A stretch of DNA of 38,659 nt from Candidatus Saccharimonadales bacterium (GCA_035702905.1 DASSZG010000051.1:1-38659), one strand, 5' to 3'; positions 26,194-36,156 are shown, numbered from the stretch's first letter. Program-made: numbers and translations. Notes: generated by a model not told the origin, from the sequence alone.

Positions 26194-26388
26194 CTATTTG
26201 CGCTTTACAGTTAGAAAACCATTGCGTGGGTTTTCGTTGACCTCGTAACCTGCAGGCAAGTCAGTTGCCTCTGGTCGCTCATCTTTGCTGAAGTAGTAGA
26301 TGGTTTGCATCTTACCACCGCGAAGTGTAACGTCCTTTGAGTTTAAGTAGTATGTGACACCCTTTGAATTCGTATGCTTGTAGGCCAT
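26194..26388 (-). CDS. Small basic hypothetical protein (64 aa)
   Basis: AGAGGGAG SD, its own terminator, and the repeat-like pattern GVTYYLNSK / QTIYYFSK. Confidence 0.6.
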   Translation of the reverse strand: MAYKHTNSKGVTYYLNSKDVTLRGGKMQTIYYFSKDERPEATDLPAGYEVNENPRNGFLTVKRK

Positions 26389-26627
26389 ATATTTTAGGCT
26401 CCCTCTCTTCTTACCTTATAGTAGTGTACCCCTAACATACTCGGTTCAGTTTTTATTTGTCAACCCTTTTAGATAGTTTTTGCTTATCTATAATGTCATA
26501 ATATAAAAGTATAAGAGTTTTGCACCTCTGTTATGCCTAAATAACAATTTAGTCTTGCATTCTCTGGTCGCCATGTATTACACTGTGACGGTAAACATTA
26601 GCACTAAAGGAAGGTGGAGTAACAAAA

Positions 26628-27248
26628 ATGGATTTTTCCAATCGTGGCGCGCAGCCTGCTGCTAACCCAGTACAACACGCACCAGCGCCTGGCGTTAACA
26701 GGCATTCATTAAAAAATCAAAATAGAGACCTATGGACACGTATCGGAGTAGTAGCCGCTATCGTCTGTGTAGTTATTCTTTTGATCGGCATCATTGCAGC
26801 GCTTTATGCCAACAATAACAACACTAAGGATACTGAGAGTCAGTATATTAATACTTCAAAGCTACAAGCCGTATTCTTAAACACAGGCCAAGTATATTTT
26901 GGTAACATTAAGACTCTAAACAACAACTTCTTAGTACTAACAAATATCTTCTACTTACAAACAAATGGCTCAAGCTCTAGCTCCAGCAGTACTAGCGCTA
27001 ACAACAACGTTAGCCTTGTAAAGCTTGGTTGTGAATTGCACCAACCATACGACCAAATGGTCATAAACCGATCCAGCGTAACTTTCTGGGAGAACCTTCA
27101 AAGTTCAGGACAGGTAGCTAAGGCAGTTGCTACTTGGAACAGCGAACACCCAGGCGGCCAGCAGTGTACAGACCAAAGCACTAGCTCTGGCAGTACCAGC
27201 AACTCCGTACAGCCAAGCGGTAGCACTAGCAGTACTCCAGCAAAATAG
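26628..27248 (+). CDS. Membrane-anchored extracytoplasmic protein with Ser-rich linkers
   Basis: GGTGGAG SD, a single TM segment (aa 38-60), poly-Ser tracts and two Cys in the ectodomain. Confidence 0.65.
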   Translation: MDFSNRGAQPAANPVQHAPAPGVNRHSLKNQNRDLWTRIGVVAAIVCVVILLIGIIAALYANNNNTKDTESQYINTSKLQAVFLNTGQVYFGNIKTLNNNFLVLTNIFYLQTNGSSSSSSSTSANNNVSLVKLGCELHQPYDQMVINRSSVTFWENLQSSGQVAKAVATWNSEHPGGQQCTDQSTSSGSTSNSVQPSGSTSSTPAK

Positions 27249-27269
27249 TTAGTACAGTCTAGCGAAGGT

Positions 27270-27863
27270 CTAAATTAACCTTCTGGCTAAACGATAAATA
27301 ATAGCGACTACGAGAGCAAGAAAGCTCAAAGTAGTCGCTATTAAACTATAACCGGCTAAATCCGGTGACCAGGACGGACTGACAAAGTCGAATTCATAGA
27401 GTGAAGTAGGTACAACAGCAAGGCTACTGTCATGAGACTGGATATACTGCTCGATACAAGGAACCCTTGTCCGACCAGAAAAGGCGTTTGGTATTATTCC
27501 CTGACAGTAGTCTTGGGCTTCGGTATAAATAGCTGAATTGCTGTTTGCTGCTTGATCGCTCTCGGCATTAAGCAGTCGCTCGTAAGTATACTTGAGTTGT
27601 ATTGGTGGATAAACGGAGCCATTGCCTGCACTCAAGTTAGTATTCATATGGTGGGTAACGTATTTCTGCAGGTTCTGAAGTGCCAGCGTTACGTTACCGT
27701 TGTTTTTATCAGCTGCATAAACTTCGGCCCTGAGTTTCCCCATTTCACTGTTATTTGATCGAAGTGCAAAGACACAGATAATGCCGAATAAGACGGTTAA
27801 GCCGCCAAGTACTACAGGCGTTAGTAGCTGGCCAGAATATTTTTTGATTGTTTGTTTGGACAT
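27270..27863 (-). CDS. Bitopic membrane protein (N- and C-terminal TM segments, Cys-containing ectodomain)
   Basis: Start set at the ATG giving MSKQTIKKYSG. The track start is a TTG 12 codons upstream. TATAAT lies 24 nt upstream of the ATG. Confidence 0.6.
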   Translation of the reverse strand: MSKQTIKKYSGQLLTPVVLGGLTVLFGIICVFALRSNNSEMGKLRAEVYAADKNNGNVTLALQNLQKYVTHHMNTNLSAGNGSVYPPIQLKYTYERLLNAESDQAANSNSAIYTEAQDYCQGIIPNAFSGRTRVPCIEQYIQSHDSSLAVVPTSLYEFDFVSPSWSPDLAGYSLIATTLSFLALVVAIIYRLARRLI

Positions 27864-27907
27864 TTTATTTTTATTAACTCTAAATACATTATATAGCAAC
27901 TGGACGT

Positions 27908-29233
27908 ATGCCCGTCAAAGACTATAAACTCTTAGATATGCATATTTACTTTTCAGGGATAGGGGGAGCAGGCATAGGCCCGCTGGCGCTAATTGCTCAC
28001 CAAGCCGGCTATGAAGTATCCGGATCGGATAAACAGAACTCCAGTTATATCAATTACTTAAGACATAAAGGGATTAATGCCATCCATATCGGCCAATCAG
28101 TTGAAGCAATCGCTGAGCTTCATAACAACCAGCCAATTGACTGGTTTGTCTATTCTTCGGCCGTGGCTCTGGAAAACCCTAATGCTCCGGAACTGCTTTT
28201 TGCTAAAGACCAGAATATTAAGATCTCTAAACGTGATGAGCTGATTAATGAAATACTTACTCAAAAGCATTTAAAAATTATTGCTATTGCCGGCACCCAT
28301 GGTAAGACGACCACCACCGCCATGCTGACGTACTTGTTTAAGAAGCAAAATATACCAATAAGCTATTTGTTGCCCGCTAAGACCAGTTTTGCCGAAATGG
28401 GTGAGTATAACGAGGGGAGCGAGTATTTTATCTATGAAGCCGATGAATTTGATCGTAATTTCCTAAGTTTTGAACCGGAAATGAGTTTAATAAGTGGCGT
28501 ATCATGGGATCATCATGAAATCTACCCATCAAGAGAAGATTATCAGGAAGCTTTTCGGGAGTTCATTAGTCAGTCTAAACAAACGCTTATCTGGAAAGAG
28601 GATAGTGATTACTTAGGCCTGACTGAGGGTCAGGGCATTGTTGTTCTAAATAGCTCTGACACGCAAATTAACAAGATAGATCTCATAGGTAAATATAACC
28701 GGCTGGATGCCTTCCTGGCGGTGTCTACAAGCCATATGATCACTCATGCCACAACCGACCAGCTTATAGGCATTATTAATGGCTTTCCTGGTCTAAGCCG
28801 CCGTATGGAGCAAATAGCCCCTAATCTATACACCGACTACGCTCATACGCCGGAAAAGATCAAAGCCGCCCTCAATGCCGCCAAAGAAATAGCGACTAGC
28901 AAAGACTGTCGACTAGTAGTTGTCTATGAACCGCTGACCGATCGCCGTCAGCATTTCATAAAAGAAGAATATAAAAATTTATTTAATGGCATCAGCAAGT
29001 TATATTGGCTTCCTAGTTATTTAGCCCGTGAAGATCAAGACAATCCAATACTTACTCCTCAGGAACTGATCGCTTATCTTGCTGACCCAAGCTTGGCTGA
29101 GCCAGCCCAAAAGGATAACCAACTATACGCAGCCATAAAGAAGCACTTACAAAACGGCGACATGGTTGTCGGCATTGCCGGTGGAGGTGGTGGCTCACTT
29201 GATGATTATTTGAGATTGAAGTTCGCTCAATGA
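27908..29233 (+). CDS. murC: Mur ligase, UDP-N-acetylmuramate--L-alanine ligase-like (MurC/Mpl family)
   Basis: GIGGAGIGPLA Rossmann N-terminus, the ATP site IAGTHGKTTTTAM, and Mur ligase central and C-terminal domains. Confidence 0.85.
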   Translation: MPVKDYKLLDMHIYFSGIGGAGIGPLALIAHQAGYEVSGSDKQNSSYINYLRHKGINAIHIGQSVEAIAELHNNQPIDWFVYSSAVALENPNAPELLFAKDQNIKISKRDELINEILTQKHLKIIAIAGTHGKTTTTAMLTYLFKKQNIPISYLLPAKTSFAEMGEYNEGSEYFIYEADEFDRNFLSFEPEMSLISGVSWDHHEIYPSREDYQEAFREFISQSKQTLIWKEDSDYLGLTEGQGIVVLNSSDTQINKIDLIGKYNRLDAFLAVSTSHMITHATTDQLIGIINGFPGLSRRMEQIAPNLYTDYAHTPEKIKAALNAAKEIATSKDCRLVVVYEPLTDRRQHFIKEEYKNLFNGISKLYWLPSYLAREDQDNPILTPQELIAYLADPSLAEPAQKDNQLYAAIKKHLQNGDMVVGIAGGGGGSLDDYLRLKFAQ

Positions 29234-29919
29234 CAATAAATAAAATTAAAGGTGTTGTTTGGGACTTGGACGGAACCCTACTAGATAGTTTTACTGTCTT
29301 TGAAAGAATTATTGCTGACGTCGTGAAAGACAGCGGCCATAAAATGCCGACCCGGGAAACAATACTCCTTAATTACCACGGCTCACTGGAGGAATGCATC
29401 CAAAAGATTCTTGGAATCGACTCAGCGACTGAAGTCAACGATGTTATCGATATATTCTTGGATAAACAAGAATTTCACTACGGCGGGGACTTACAGACTC
29501 ATTTATTTAAGGATGCCGTCGATCTCGCGCAAGCCTGTGCTGTTCAAGACATTGATCAGCTATTAGTTACTAACAGGGGCAATAAAAATAGAGGTAATGC
29601 CAGCCCCAGCTTTATCATTGCTGCAACGACACTTTCCGATTGTATTAAAGAAATTAGAGCCGGCGATGAGGTAGAATTTCGTAAACCGGATAAAAGATCG
29701 ATGGGTGATTGGCTGGAAAGGCACGAGCTAACACCAGAGGAGGTCTTAATTATTGGCGATCAATTCGTTGACGCTCAACTGGCCATCAATCTTGGTTGCC
29801 GGGCCGTTATAGTAAAACGAAATGGTGATGTCCCTCACTTAGACAATCTGAGCCAGAAAGATCATAAGTCAATAATCTTAGTCGATAGCCTGGAAGAGGT
29901 AGTAATAAATAAGTCTTAG
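29230..29919 (+). CDS. HAD superfamily hydrolase
   Basis: WDLDGTLLDS motif I and IGDQFVD motif IV. ATGA overlap with murC. Confidence 0.8.
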   Translation: MTINKIKGVVWDLDGTLLDSFTVFERIIADVVKDSGHKMPTRETILLNYHGSLEECIQKILGIDSATEVNDVIDIFLDKQEFHYGGDLQTHLFKDAVDLAQACAVQDIDQLLVTNRGNKNRGNASPSFIIAATTLSDCIKEIRAGDEVEFRKPDKRSMGDWLERHELTPEEVLIIGDQFVDAQLAINLGCRAVIVKRNGDVPHLDNLSQKDHKSIILVDSLEEVVINKS

Positions 29920-30248
29920 CGGTTATCGCCGGAACCGCCTAAAACGCCGCGGTCTTTTCGGCTACTAAGTTTAGCTAGATTAGCGCTGGCTACATCTTCT
30001 AGAGAATAGCCTAGTTGATGTGCGAATACCGCCAAGTACCACAGGACGTCGCCAATTTCTTTACTAAGTTCGGACTTATCTTCATCAGTGAAAACGCCAT
30101 TTTGGTCACGGATTATTTTCTTAACCTTCTCGGCCACTTCCCCAGCCTCGCCATTTATGCCGAGTACCCAGTGAAGGGTATCTTTGAGCTCATCATCAGT
30201 AGATATAATGGTTGTTAGTGCTTTAGTTTGGTAATCCTTAAATGTCAT
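29916..30248 (-). CDS. MazG-like nucleotide pyrophosphohydrolase
   Basis: EAGEVAEKVKK and EIGDVLWYLA metal-binding helices. Start placed at the ATG giving MTFKDYQ, a typical family N-terminus. An upstream ATG at 30269 is the alternative. Confidence 0.8.
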   Translation of the reverse strand: MTFKDYQTKALTTIISTDDELKDTLHWVLGINGEAGEVAEKVKKIIRDQNGVFTDEDKSELSKEIGDVLWYLAVFAHQLGYSLEDVASANLAKLSSRKDRGVLGGSGDNR

Positions 30249-30252
30249 AGCT

Positions 30253-30819
30253 CTAAGTAATTTTACCATTGTCAGCTATTTTAACTGCGCCTTCCCTGAC
30301 TACTTCAATAGCATCATCGATGATTCGAATAATAGTCGACGGTAAGTTTTTAGATAAATCGCCGCCATCAACGTAGAAATCGACTTGATCGCCAAAATAG
30401 GCTTTGACTTGCGATAGAGTATTGGCAACCGGTTGCCCCGGCAAATTAGCGCTTGAGGCAACTAAAGGGCCTGTCCGCTCCAAAAGTTCAATAAGCTGTT
30501 TGTTGTTTGGCAGTCTAAACGGCTGAGCACCAACGCCTTGGCTTAAATATGCCAGATCGTGCGGAATAATAACACTGACTGGTCCAGGCCAATACTGCTC
30601 GACCGGTTTTAGGTAGCGAGCCTTCAATCCCAAACCGACCAGCTGGGCGACACTTGCGGCAATCACTGGCGCTGGCTTAGAATCGCGTGATTTAAGCTGG
30701 TAGGCTCGGGCTACAGCCTGCTGATCCTCAGCCCGAGCAACCAGTCCATAGACAGTGTCGGTTGGAATAACTCCAACGCCGCCGGGCTTAAGCAGGGCTT
30801 TAATAGCATCATCAAACAT
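30253..30819 (-). CDS. tsaC: L-threonylcarbamoyladenylate synthase (TsaC/YrdC/Sua5 family)
   Basis: PTDTVYGL and ASSANLPG motifs. Start set at the ATG giving MFDDAIKALL. The 24-codon track extension would overlap the upstream gene. Confidence 0.85.
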   Translation of the reverse strand: MFDDAIKALLKPGGVGVIPTDTVYGLVARAEDQQAVARAYQLKSRDSKPAPVIAASVAQLVGLGLKARYLKPVEQYWPGPVSVIIPHDLAYLSQGVGAQPFRLPNNKQLIELLERTGPLVASSANLPGQPVANTLSQVKAYFGDQVDFYVDGGDLSKNLPSTIIRIIDDAIEVVREGAVKIADNGKIT

Positions 30820-30841
30820 AGAAATAGATTTTAACTCTAAA

Positions 30842-31120
30842 TTATTTCTTTTGGTAGGCGTAAACCGCCAAAACAGCCAAGACGACGACAATGATAACGG
30901 TCGCGGCTATGGCCATTATGACATGATGATCAGTTTTTGGGGCTTTAGAGATATTCACCTTTTGGGGTGCTAAATTATCTACCGGCGCAGGCGACTTCGG
31001 CGGTTCAGGTTGCCCAGTTGGGGCTTGAGCTAGCGGTGCTGGATTAGCCTGCGGCTCAGGCTCAATAGCTGGAGTTGAAGCATGGTTGTTTGGATCGATT
31101 GGTTCTGATTGTGGTTGCAT
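30842..31120 (-). CDS. Tail-anchored Pro-rich small membrane protein
   Basis: 92 aa. The N-terminal 60 aa are P/A/Q-rich. The C-terminal TM segment reads IMAIAATVIIVVVLAVLAVYAY. Confidence 0.55.
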   Translation of the reverse strand: MQPQSEPIDPNNHASTPAIEPEPQANPAPLAQAPTGQPEPPKSPAPVDNLAPQKVNISKAPKTDHHVIMAIAATVIIVVVLAVLAVYAYQKK

Positions 31121-31128
31121 TTAAGAAT

Positions 31129-31137
31129 ATTTTAGCA
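31129..31137 (-). promoter_or_regulatory. Extended -10 TGcTAAAAT, 8 nt before the ATG (leaderless-type)
   Basis: Minus strand reads TGcTAAAAT-attcttaa-ATG(31120), with no SD. Confidence 0.45.
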
Positions 31138-31209
31138 TAAACGAAATCAGGCGCAGTAATTTTAACCATGAAATAAAGGCGTTTAGTCGTGTATCATATA
31201 ACCTGTTAG

Positions 31210-32043
31210 ATGGTTCAATTACTCGTTAAATTCCTAAAGCGGTTAGCCGTGTTTATACCCGGCCTTGTTATTGCTATATTCTCATGGCAGTACACACTTC
31301 CATTCTTCAATAAACATTTGCCCTACCTGATTGCTTTATTGCTCACTTATGGAGTAGCGGCTTACGTTCTCATACCGGCAATGATTCGCTTATGGCGGAT
31401 CCTCCTGCCGCCTAAACATTTGCCTCTTTACTGTGTAACACCTGATGGCTTCGCTTCCGATCCACTTAATGTTGGTATTATTTGCACACGCCGCGAGTTA
31501 ATTAATGTTATGGAAAAGGCTGGCTGGAATATGTCTGATCCGACAAACTTCAATTCTGTTATAAAACAGATTCTAAGTATGCTACTTAACAGACGCTATT
31601 TACACTCGCCAATGAGCTACCTTTACTTATTTGGTAGGAGGCAAGATATCTCCTTTAGTATGCCTGTTCGAAAGACTAATTTTAATCGCCATCATGTGCG
31701 TTTCTGGGCGACAACCTTTGACGAAAAACATCCGCTTAGTCCTCATAGTATTCACTGGCACAACCGTAAAGCCCACGTTTTTGGCGACAAACTACTTTGG
31801 GTTGGGGCAGCGTCGCTGGACATAGGCCTAGTGCCTATAAAACACAACTGGCAACTTACTCATATGGTTGACCCTGATACCAATAAGGAACGTGAATTAA
31901 TCATTGGGGGAATTACCGAGACCAGTCAAGTTAAAAAAGTAGACGAGATCAAATTGGGCGATCCATACAAGTTAGTCAACCGTACCTGGCGCGGTGAACT
32001 TCACACCGACGGCATTATGAAGGTCATACACCTTAACGGTTAA
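31210..32043 (+). CDS. LssY C-terminal domain-like membrane protein
   Basis: Two N-terminal TM segments, then DPLNVG...HHVRFW...LWVGAASLD, which matches my recollection of the LssY_C family. Confidence 0.65.
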   Translation: MVQLLVKFLKRLAVFIPGLVIAIFSWQYTLPFFNKHLPYLIALLLTYGVAAYVLIPAMIRLWRILLPPKHLPLYCVTPDGFASDPLNVGIICTRRELINVMEKAGWNMSDPTNFNSVIKQILSMLLNRRYLHSPMSYLYLFGRRQDISFSMPVRKTNFNRHHVRFWATTFDEKHPLSPHSIHWHNRKAHVFGDKLLWVGAASLDIGLVPIKHNWQLTHMVDPDTNKERELIIGGITETSQVKKVDEIKLGDPYKLVNRTWRGELHTDGIMKVIHLNG

Positions 32044-33010
32044 CTGTCGACATATCCGGATAGCGGTCACCGCTGGCTGTTCCAGCCGGCGTAGCCGAAT
32101 CCAAACGCTCGAGATCTTCTTCGCTAAGTTCAATATCCAGTGCCTTAATATTTTCCTTAAGGTACTCAATGTGCTTGGTCCCAGGAATCGGGACTATATC
32201 CTCTCCTTGAGCCAGTACCCAAGCCAGCGCTAATTGACCAGGCTCGACTTGCTTTTCGTCAGCAATTTCCCTGACCTTTTCAACAATTTTTAGGTTTTGG
32301 TAGAAATTATCTCCTTGGAAGCGCGGCTGGTTACGGCGCCAGTCACCTTCTGGGATATCTTCAGGCGTTTGCCACCGGCCCGTTAAAAAGCCTCGTCCAA
32401 GCGGGCTGTAGGCTACAAAACCAATACCTAAGTCCCTAACAGTCCTAAGTATCTCTTCTTCGGGATCCCGGGTCCAGAGAGAATATTCTGTTTGGAGTGC
32501 TGTAATTTTATGAACTTTAGCGGCCTTTTTAATGGTGTTTACTGCCGCTTCGCTCATACCGAGATAACGGACCTTCCCCTCCTTAACCAGTTCAGCCATG
32601 GCGCCAATGGTATCTTCAATCGGTACGGTTGGGTCAACGCGGTGCTGGTAATACAAATCTATATGATCAACTCCGAGTCTTTTTAAGCTCTCCTCACAGG
32701 CCTTCTTTACATACTCCGGTTTGCCGTTAACACCTAGGAATTTACCGTCAGGGCTACGTTCATTGCCAAATTTTGTCGCTAGGACTACAGAGTCACGTCG
32801 GTCTTTAATAGCCTTCCCTACAAGTTTTTCATTTGTAAATGGACCATACATATCTGCCGTGTCGAGAAAATTGATACCATTATCCAGGGCGTAGTGAATA
32901 ACCTCAATTGCTTCACTTTCATTAGCTGTACCGTAAAAGTCACTCATTCCCATACAGCCAAGGCCGATTGCCGAGACTTTTAAATCACCACCTAATATTC
33001 GCATCTGCAT
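32033..33010 (-). CDS. Aldo/keto reductase
   Basis: [25 protein letters not shown] and a C-terminal IPGT pattern. AAGGAGG SD. Confidence 0.92.
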   Translation of the reverse strand: MQMRILGGDLKVSAIGLGCMGMSDFYGTANESEAIEVIHYALDNGINFLDTADMYGPFTNEKLVGKAIKDRRDSVVLATKFGNERSPDGKFLGVNGKPEYVKKACEESLKRLGVDHIDLYYQHRVDPTVPIEDTIGAMAELVKEGKVRYLGMSEAAVNTIKKAAKVHKITALQTEYSLWTRDPEEEILRTVRDLGIGFVAYSPLGRGFLTGRWQTPEDIPEGDWRRNQPRFQGDNFYQNLKIVEKVREIADEKQVEPGQLALAWVLAQGEDIVPIPGTKHIEYLKENIKALDIELSEEDLERLDSATPAGTASGDRYPDMSTVNR

Positions 33011-33033
33011 GTTTTGCCTCCTTAGTTTTGTTC

Positions 33034-33042
33034 ATATTAGCA
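33034..33042 (-). promoter_or_regulatory. Extended -10 TGcTAATAT for the aldo/keto reductase gene (leadered)
   Basis: Followed by a 22-nt leader containing AAGGAGG, then the ATG at 33010. Confidence 0.4.
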
Positions 33043-33079
33043 AGAAATGCTTATTTGTAGCTGTAAATAATTTCCTAGA

Positions 33080-34390
33080 TTATGGAGTCAGTCGGTTTAT
33101 GTCTCTCGGAAAGAGGGTTGCTTCTTTGACGTTAGAAAGGCCAATAGTCTTTTCTACCAGCCTGTCTATACCGAAGCCGCAACCGCCGTGACTGGGCAAA
33201 CCGTACTCAAAAGCCTGAAGATAATACTTATATCCAGGATGAGTTACGTCAAGACCAGTGTTTTTCATTTGTTCTATAAGCTTATCGTGGTGGTACTCCC
33301 GAAGCGGAACGGTTGCAATTTCCAGACCTCTAAACAATAAATCGCCCCAGAGTACAGTGTTAGGATCTTTGGGGTTAACCTGGTGATAGAACTTCATTGC
33401 TTCAACCGGAAACTCGGTTGCAAAAATGAGTTCTGAGCCTAAGTTTTTCTTAGCGTAGTCACAAATCCAGCGTTCCTCGTCAGGGATCAGATCTTTTTCC
33501 TCGGTTGTATCAACCTTATTAGCTTTGGAGTAGAGTTCATGGATTTCTTTTACAGTTATTCGGGGTACTTTATCTGCCAGTACTAGTGGTGGCGCGTTAA
33601 GTGATTTGAGATCGGCCTCCATATTCTCAAAGGTTGTTTTAAGCGCGTAAATTGTCATTCCACCAACCATGTCCAGCACTTCGTCATGAGATGAAACAAA
33701 GCCCATTTCAATATCCAGCATCATTACTTCACTCATATGTCGGGTCGTAGCGCTTGGTTCGGCCCGAAAAGCTGGAGCTATTTCATAAACGCGTTCAAAG
33801 GCGCCAACCATCATTTGCTTATATAGCTGTGGGCTTTGAGCCAGCGTGGCTTCTTGCCCAAAATAGTCTAGTTTAAAAACTTCGGCACCGCCTTCAGTAG
33901 CTTCAGCTAGAATTTTAGGTGTTTGAATCTCAACAAAGTCATTGTCGTTAAGGTAGGCGCGGAGGTTTTTAAGTAGCTCTGCTCGGACTTTGAATATTTT
34001 CTGTTCTTGTAAATTACGGATATTTAGAACCCGGTACTCAAACAAAGTATCAAGATTATCTGGCTTATGGGGAATAGGTTTATCTATTTCTATCGGCGGC
34101 TCACTGGTAACTGGTACCAGAACTTCAATCGCCCCGTCATGGAGCTCGGCTCCGCCTGGAGCGCGGGGCTCCTCAACAACTAATCCATCAACTGCTAAAA
34201 CCGTCCCGATCTGCAGTCCTCTTAATTTTTCAACTTCATCCTTGTCCTGTAAAACTACCTGGATTAGTCCTTTGCGGTCTCTAACATTTATAAATGTCAG
34301 GCCGCCGAGCATGCGCTTCTTATGAAGCCAGCCTTCTATATGGACTGTCTCACCAAGATGGTCTTTAACCTGATTGCTTAGTATTCTCAT
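33080..34390 (-). CDS. aspS: Aspartate--tRNA ligase, archaeal/type-2 (possibly non-discriminating)
   Basis: 436 aa class IIb enzyme. FRAEPSATTRHMSE motif 2 and C-terminal GGCGFGIDRLV...LFPRDINRLTP. The FPRD..RLTP ending is AspRS type 2 rather than AsnRS. Confidence 0.88.
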   Translation of the reverse strand: MRILSNQVKDHLGETVHIEGWLHKKRMLGGLTFINVRDRKGLIQVVLQDKDEVEKLRGLQIGTVLAVDGLVVEEPRAPGGAELHDGAIEVLVPVTSEPPIEIDKPIPHKPDNLDTLFEYRVLNIRNLQEQKIFKVRAELLKNLRAYLNDNDFVEIQTPKILAEATEGGAEVFKLDYFGQEATLAQSPQLYKQMMVGAFERVYEIAPAFRAEPSATTRHMSEVMMLDIEMGFVSSHDEVLDMVGGMTIYALKTTFENMEADLKSLNAPPLVLADKVPRITVKEIHELYSKANKVDTTEEKDLIPDEERWICDYAKKNLGSELIFATEFPVEAMKFYHQVNPKDPNTVLWGDLLFRGLEIATVPLREYHHDKLIEQMKNTGLDVTHPGYKYYLQAFEYGLPSHGGCGFGIDRLVEKTIGLSNVKEATLFPRDINRLTP

Positions 34391-35399
34391 CTTCAGGGGT
34401 ATATTCTATCATCTCTTCATCCCTTTTGGCTACGGTATCAGGACTAGTATAGTCAGCTTGCTTATAACTGTCTAAAGGACCGGTCAGTTGCTTTAAGACC
34501 TTATCTAAACTTATTACCCCAACAAATTTACCTAAGTTATCTATCACTATAAAGAAGCTACTACTTGTTTGGTAAAAAGCCTTTACAACAGCCAGACTGG
34601 GTGCGTCAGACGGCAAATAATATACTTCGCGGGTCATATGTGAGCCGACTACCCCTTGGCTTTTTATACTTAGGTCAGCAAAAGACAACGTGCCAATAAT
34701 CTCACCTTTTGGCTCTTCCCGGACAACAGCTATACCCTCTAAACTCTCATGAAGTTCATTTATGAGAATCGGGCCAATGACATCTGAGCGGAGTAATTTC
34801 TTTACCTTTTTTGCCGGTGTCATCAGATCGCTAATTCGCCGCTCATCTAAAATGAAAGATCGCTCTAAATTAACTAACAAATCTGGGTCTATACGGTGAT
34901 CATGGCTACGGCCCAGCTTCTTAATTAAAGCCAGCAGGTCTTGGTTATCAAAAATGGGTAGGACGGGTAATCGATAGTGTTTTTGGAGAGGACTAGATAG
35001 TTTATTTAAGTGCCTTGAAGTTCTTTGAAGGATCCAATTCAGGACCGGGGCAGCGACTGACGTAAGACGGTAATCCAACTTGCTTATCCGGCTCGAAGGT
35101 AAGAATGAAAATAAATAATAAACAGCCAGCGCTATAACAATAATATCTAGCCATAATGTTAAGGCAGTAGATAACAGCGCAAAACTGATCGCTAAACATA
35201 TACCCATCTTTAGCCATAGCAGGCTACGTAATGCAGTTCCGTAGCTGAGACTTTCCATGAAGGGTTGTGAAATGTCCTCGCCGAGCATTCGACGCTTTTT
35301 AAGCTCGCTTAAGGGTACGGCGAAGTAGGCCTTGCGGACGCCCATAACTAAACAAGCTCCGATAAAAAATAGGATTCCGAGAATAAAGTTTGTGCTCAT
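34365..35399 (-). CDS. Membrane protein with CBS pair (DUF21/CNNM-like)
   Basis: Four N-terminal TM segments, then two CBS-like repeats. The stop lies 26 nt inside aspS. Confidence 0.75.
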   Translation of the reverse strand: MSTNFILGILFFIGACLVMGVRKAYFAVPLSELKKRRMLGEDISQPFMESLSYGTALRSLLWLKMGICLAISFALLSTALTLWLDIIVIALAVYYLFSFLPSSRISKLDYRLTSVAAPVLNWILQRTSRHLNKLSSPLQKHYRLPVLPIFDNQDLLALIKKLGRSHDHRIDPDLLVNLERSFILDERRISDLMTPAKKVKKLLRSDVIGPILINELHESLEGIAVVREEPKGEIIGTLSFADLSIKSQGVVGSHMTREVYYLPSDAPSLAVVKAFYQTSSSFFIVIDNLGKFVGVISLDKVLKQLTGPLDSYKQADYTSPDTVAKRDEEMIEYTPEDENTKQSG

Positions 35400-35407
35400 G
35401 GTTATAC

Positions 35408-35413
35408 ATTATA
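35408..35413 (-). promoter_or_regulatory. Consensus -10 TATAAT, 8 nt before the ATG (leaderless-type)
   Basis: Minus strand reads TATAAT-gtataacc-ATG(35399), with no SD. Confidence 0.4.
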
Positions 35414-35478
35414 TAACTAGCAGTACAATCTATCTTTAGGGTATACTGGGTAACAGATTAAAGACAGGGAGATTTACA

Positions 35479-36156
35479 GTGTCAAAAAGATTTTTAGCGG
35501 TGCTGGCGGGTTTAATAATAATATTCATTGGCATTCTGCTGATTTCTAATAACAGTAGTTCGGGTGGCAGCACGGCAACATTAACTCATCATGTTGAAGG
35601 GCAAGGCAAAGACGGGATAACCTTAGTTGAGTACGGCGATTTTCAATGTCCATATTGTGGTCAATACTACCCGGTAGTTAACCAAGTAGTTCAAGAATAT
35701 AACCAGCAAATTACCTTCCAGTTTGTAAACTTTCCTTTAACCAGTATTCACCCTAACGCCTTTGCTGGAGCTAGAGCCGCCGAGGCCGCTAACCTGCAGG
35801 GCAAATACTGGCAAATGCATGATTTACTTTACGAATCGAATATCCAATACTACGACAGCAATCAGACTGCTAGCTCATGGATAAGTGCATCCGATCCGTT
35901 GCCAGCTTTTGATCAACTGGCTAAGCAATTAGGGTTGAATATATCTAAGTTCAATAGCGACTACCAATCGGCAAAAGTAAATAACCTGATTGAAGCTGAT
36001 ATGAACGAGGGCAACAAATTAGGGGTTAACGCAACTCCAACTTTCTATTTAGACGGTAAGCAGATCCAGCCAACCGAAAGCTTGGCAGCCTTCCAGAAGT
36101 ACATCAACGCCGCTATAGCTGCTAAGACAAAGTCCACTAGCCCCAGCAAGAGCTAA
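35479..36156 (+). CDS. DsbA-family thiol:disulfide oxidoreductase, membrane-anchored
   Basis: CPYC active site in a thioredoxin fold, an N-terminal TM anchor, and a GTG start preceded by GGGAG. Confidence 0.85.
   Translation: MSKRFLAVLAGLIIIFIGILLISNNSSSGGSTATLTHHVEGQGKDGITLVEYGDFQCPYCGQYYPVVNQVVQEYNQQITFQFVNFPLTSIHPNAFAGARAAEAANLQGKYWQMHDLLYESNIQYYDSNQTASSWISASDPLPAFDQLAKQLGLNISKFNSDYQSAKVNNLIEADMNEGNKLGVNATPTFYLDGKQIQPTESLAAFQKYINAAIAAKTKSTSPSKS

Noticed and set aside
8517-35217. Remaining short track ORFs: 8517-8699, 11433-11621, 11528-11761, 14380-14646, 15448-15654, 18077-18304, 21706-21891, 22956-23199, 23308-23496, 23850-24173, 24475-24693, 27552-27758, 30015-30218, 30755-30973, 31631-31825, 31972-32169, 32492-32686, 33009-33191, 33990-34325, 35002-35217
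   Set aside because: Each is nested in or antisense to a longer ORF with better family evidence or better start context. None has an SD or a -10 element at the right distance.
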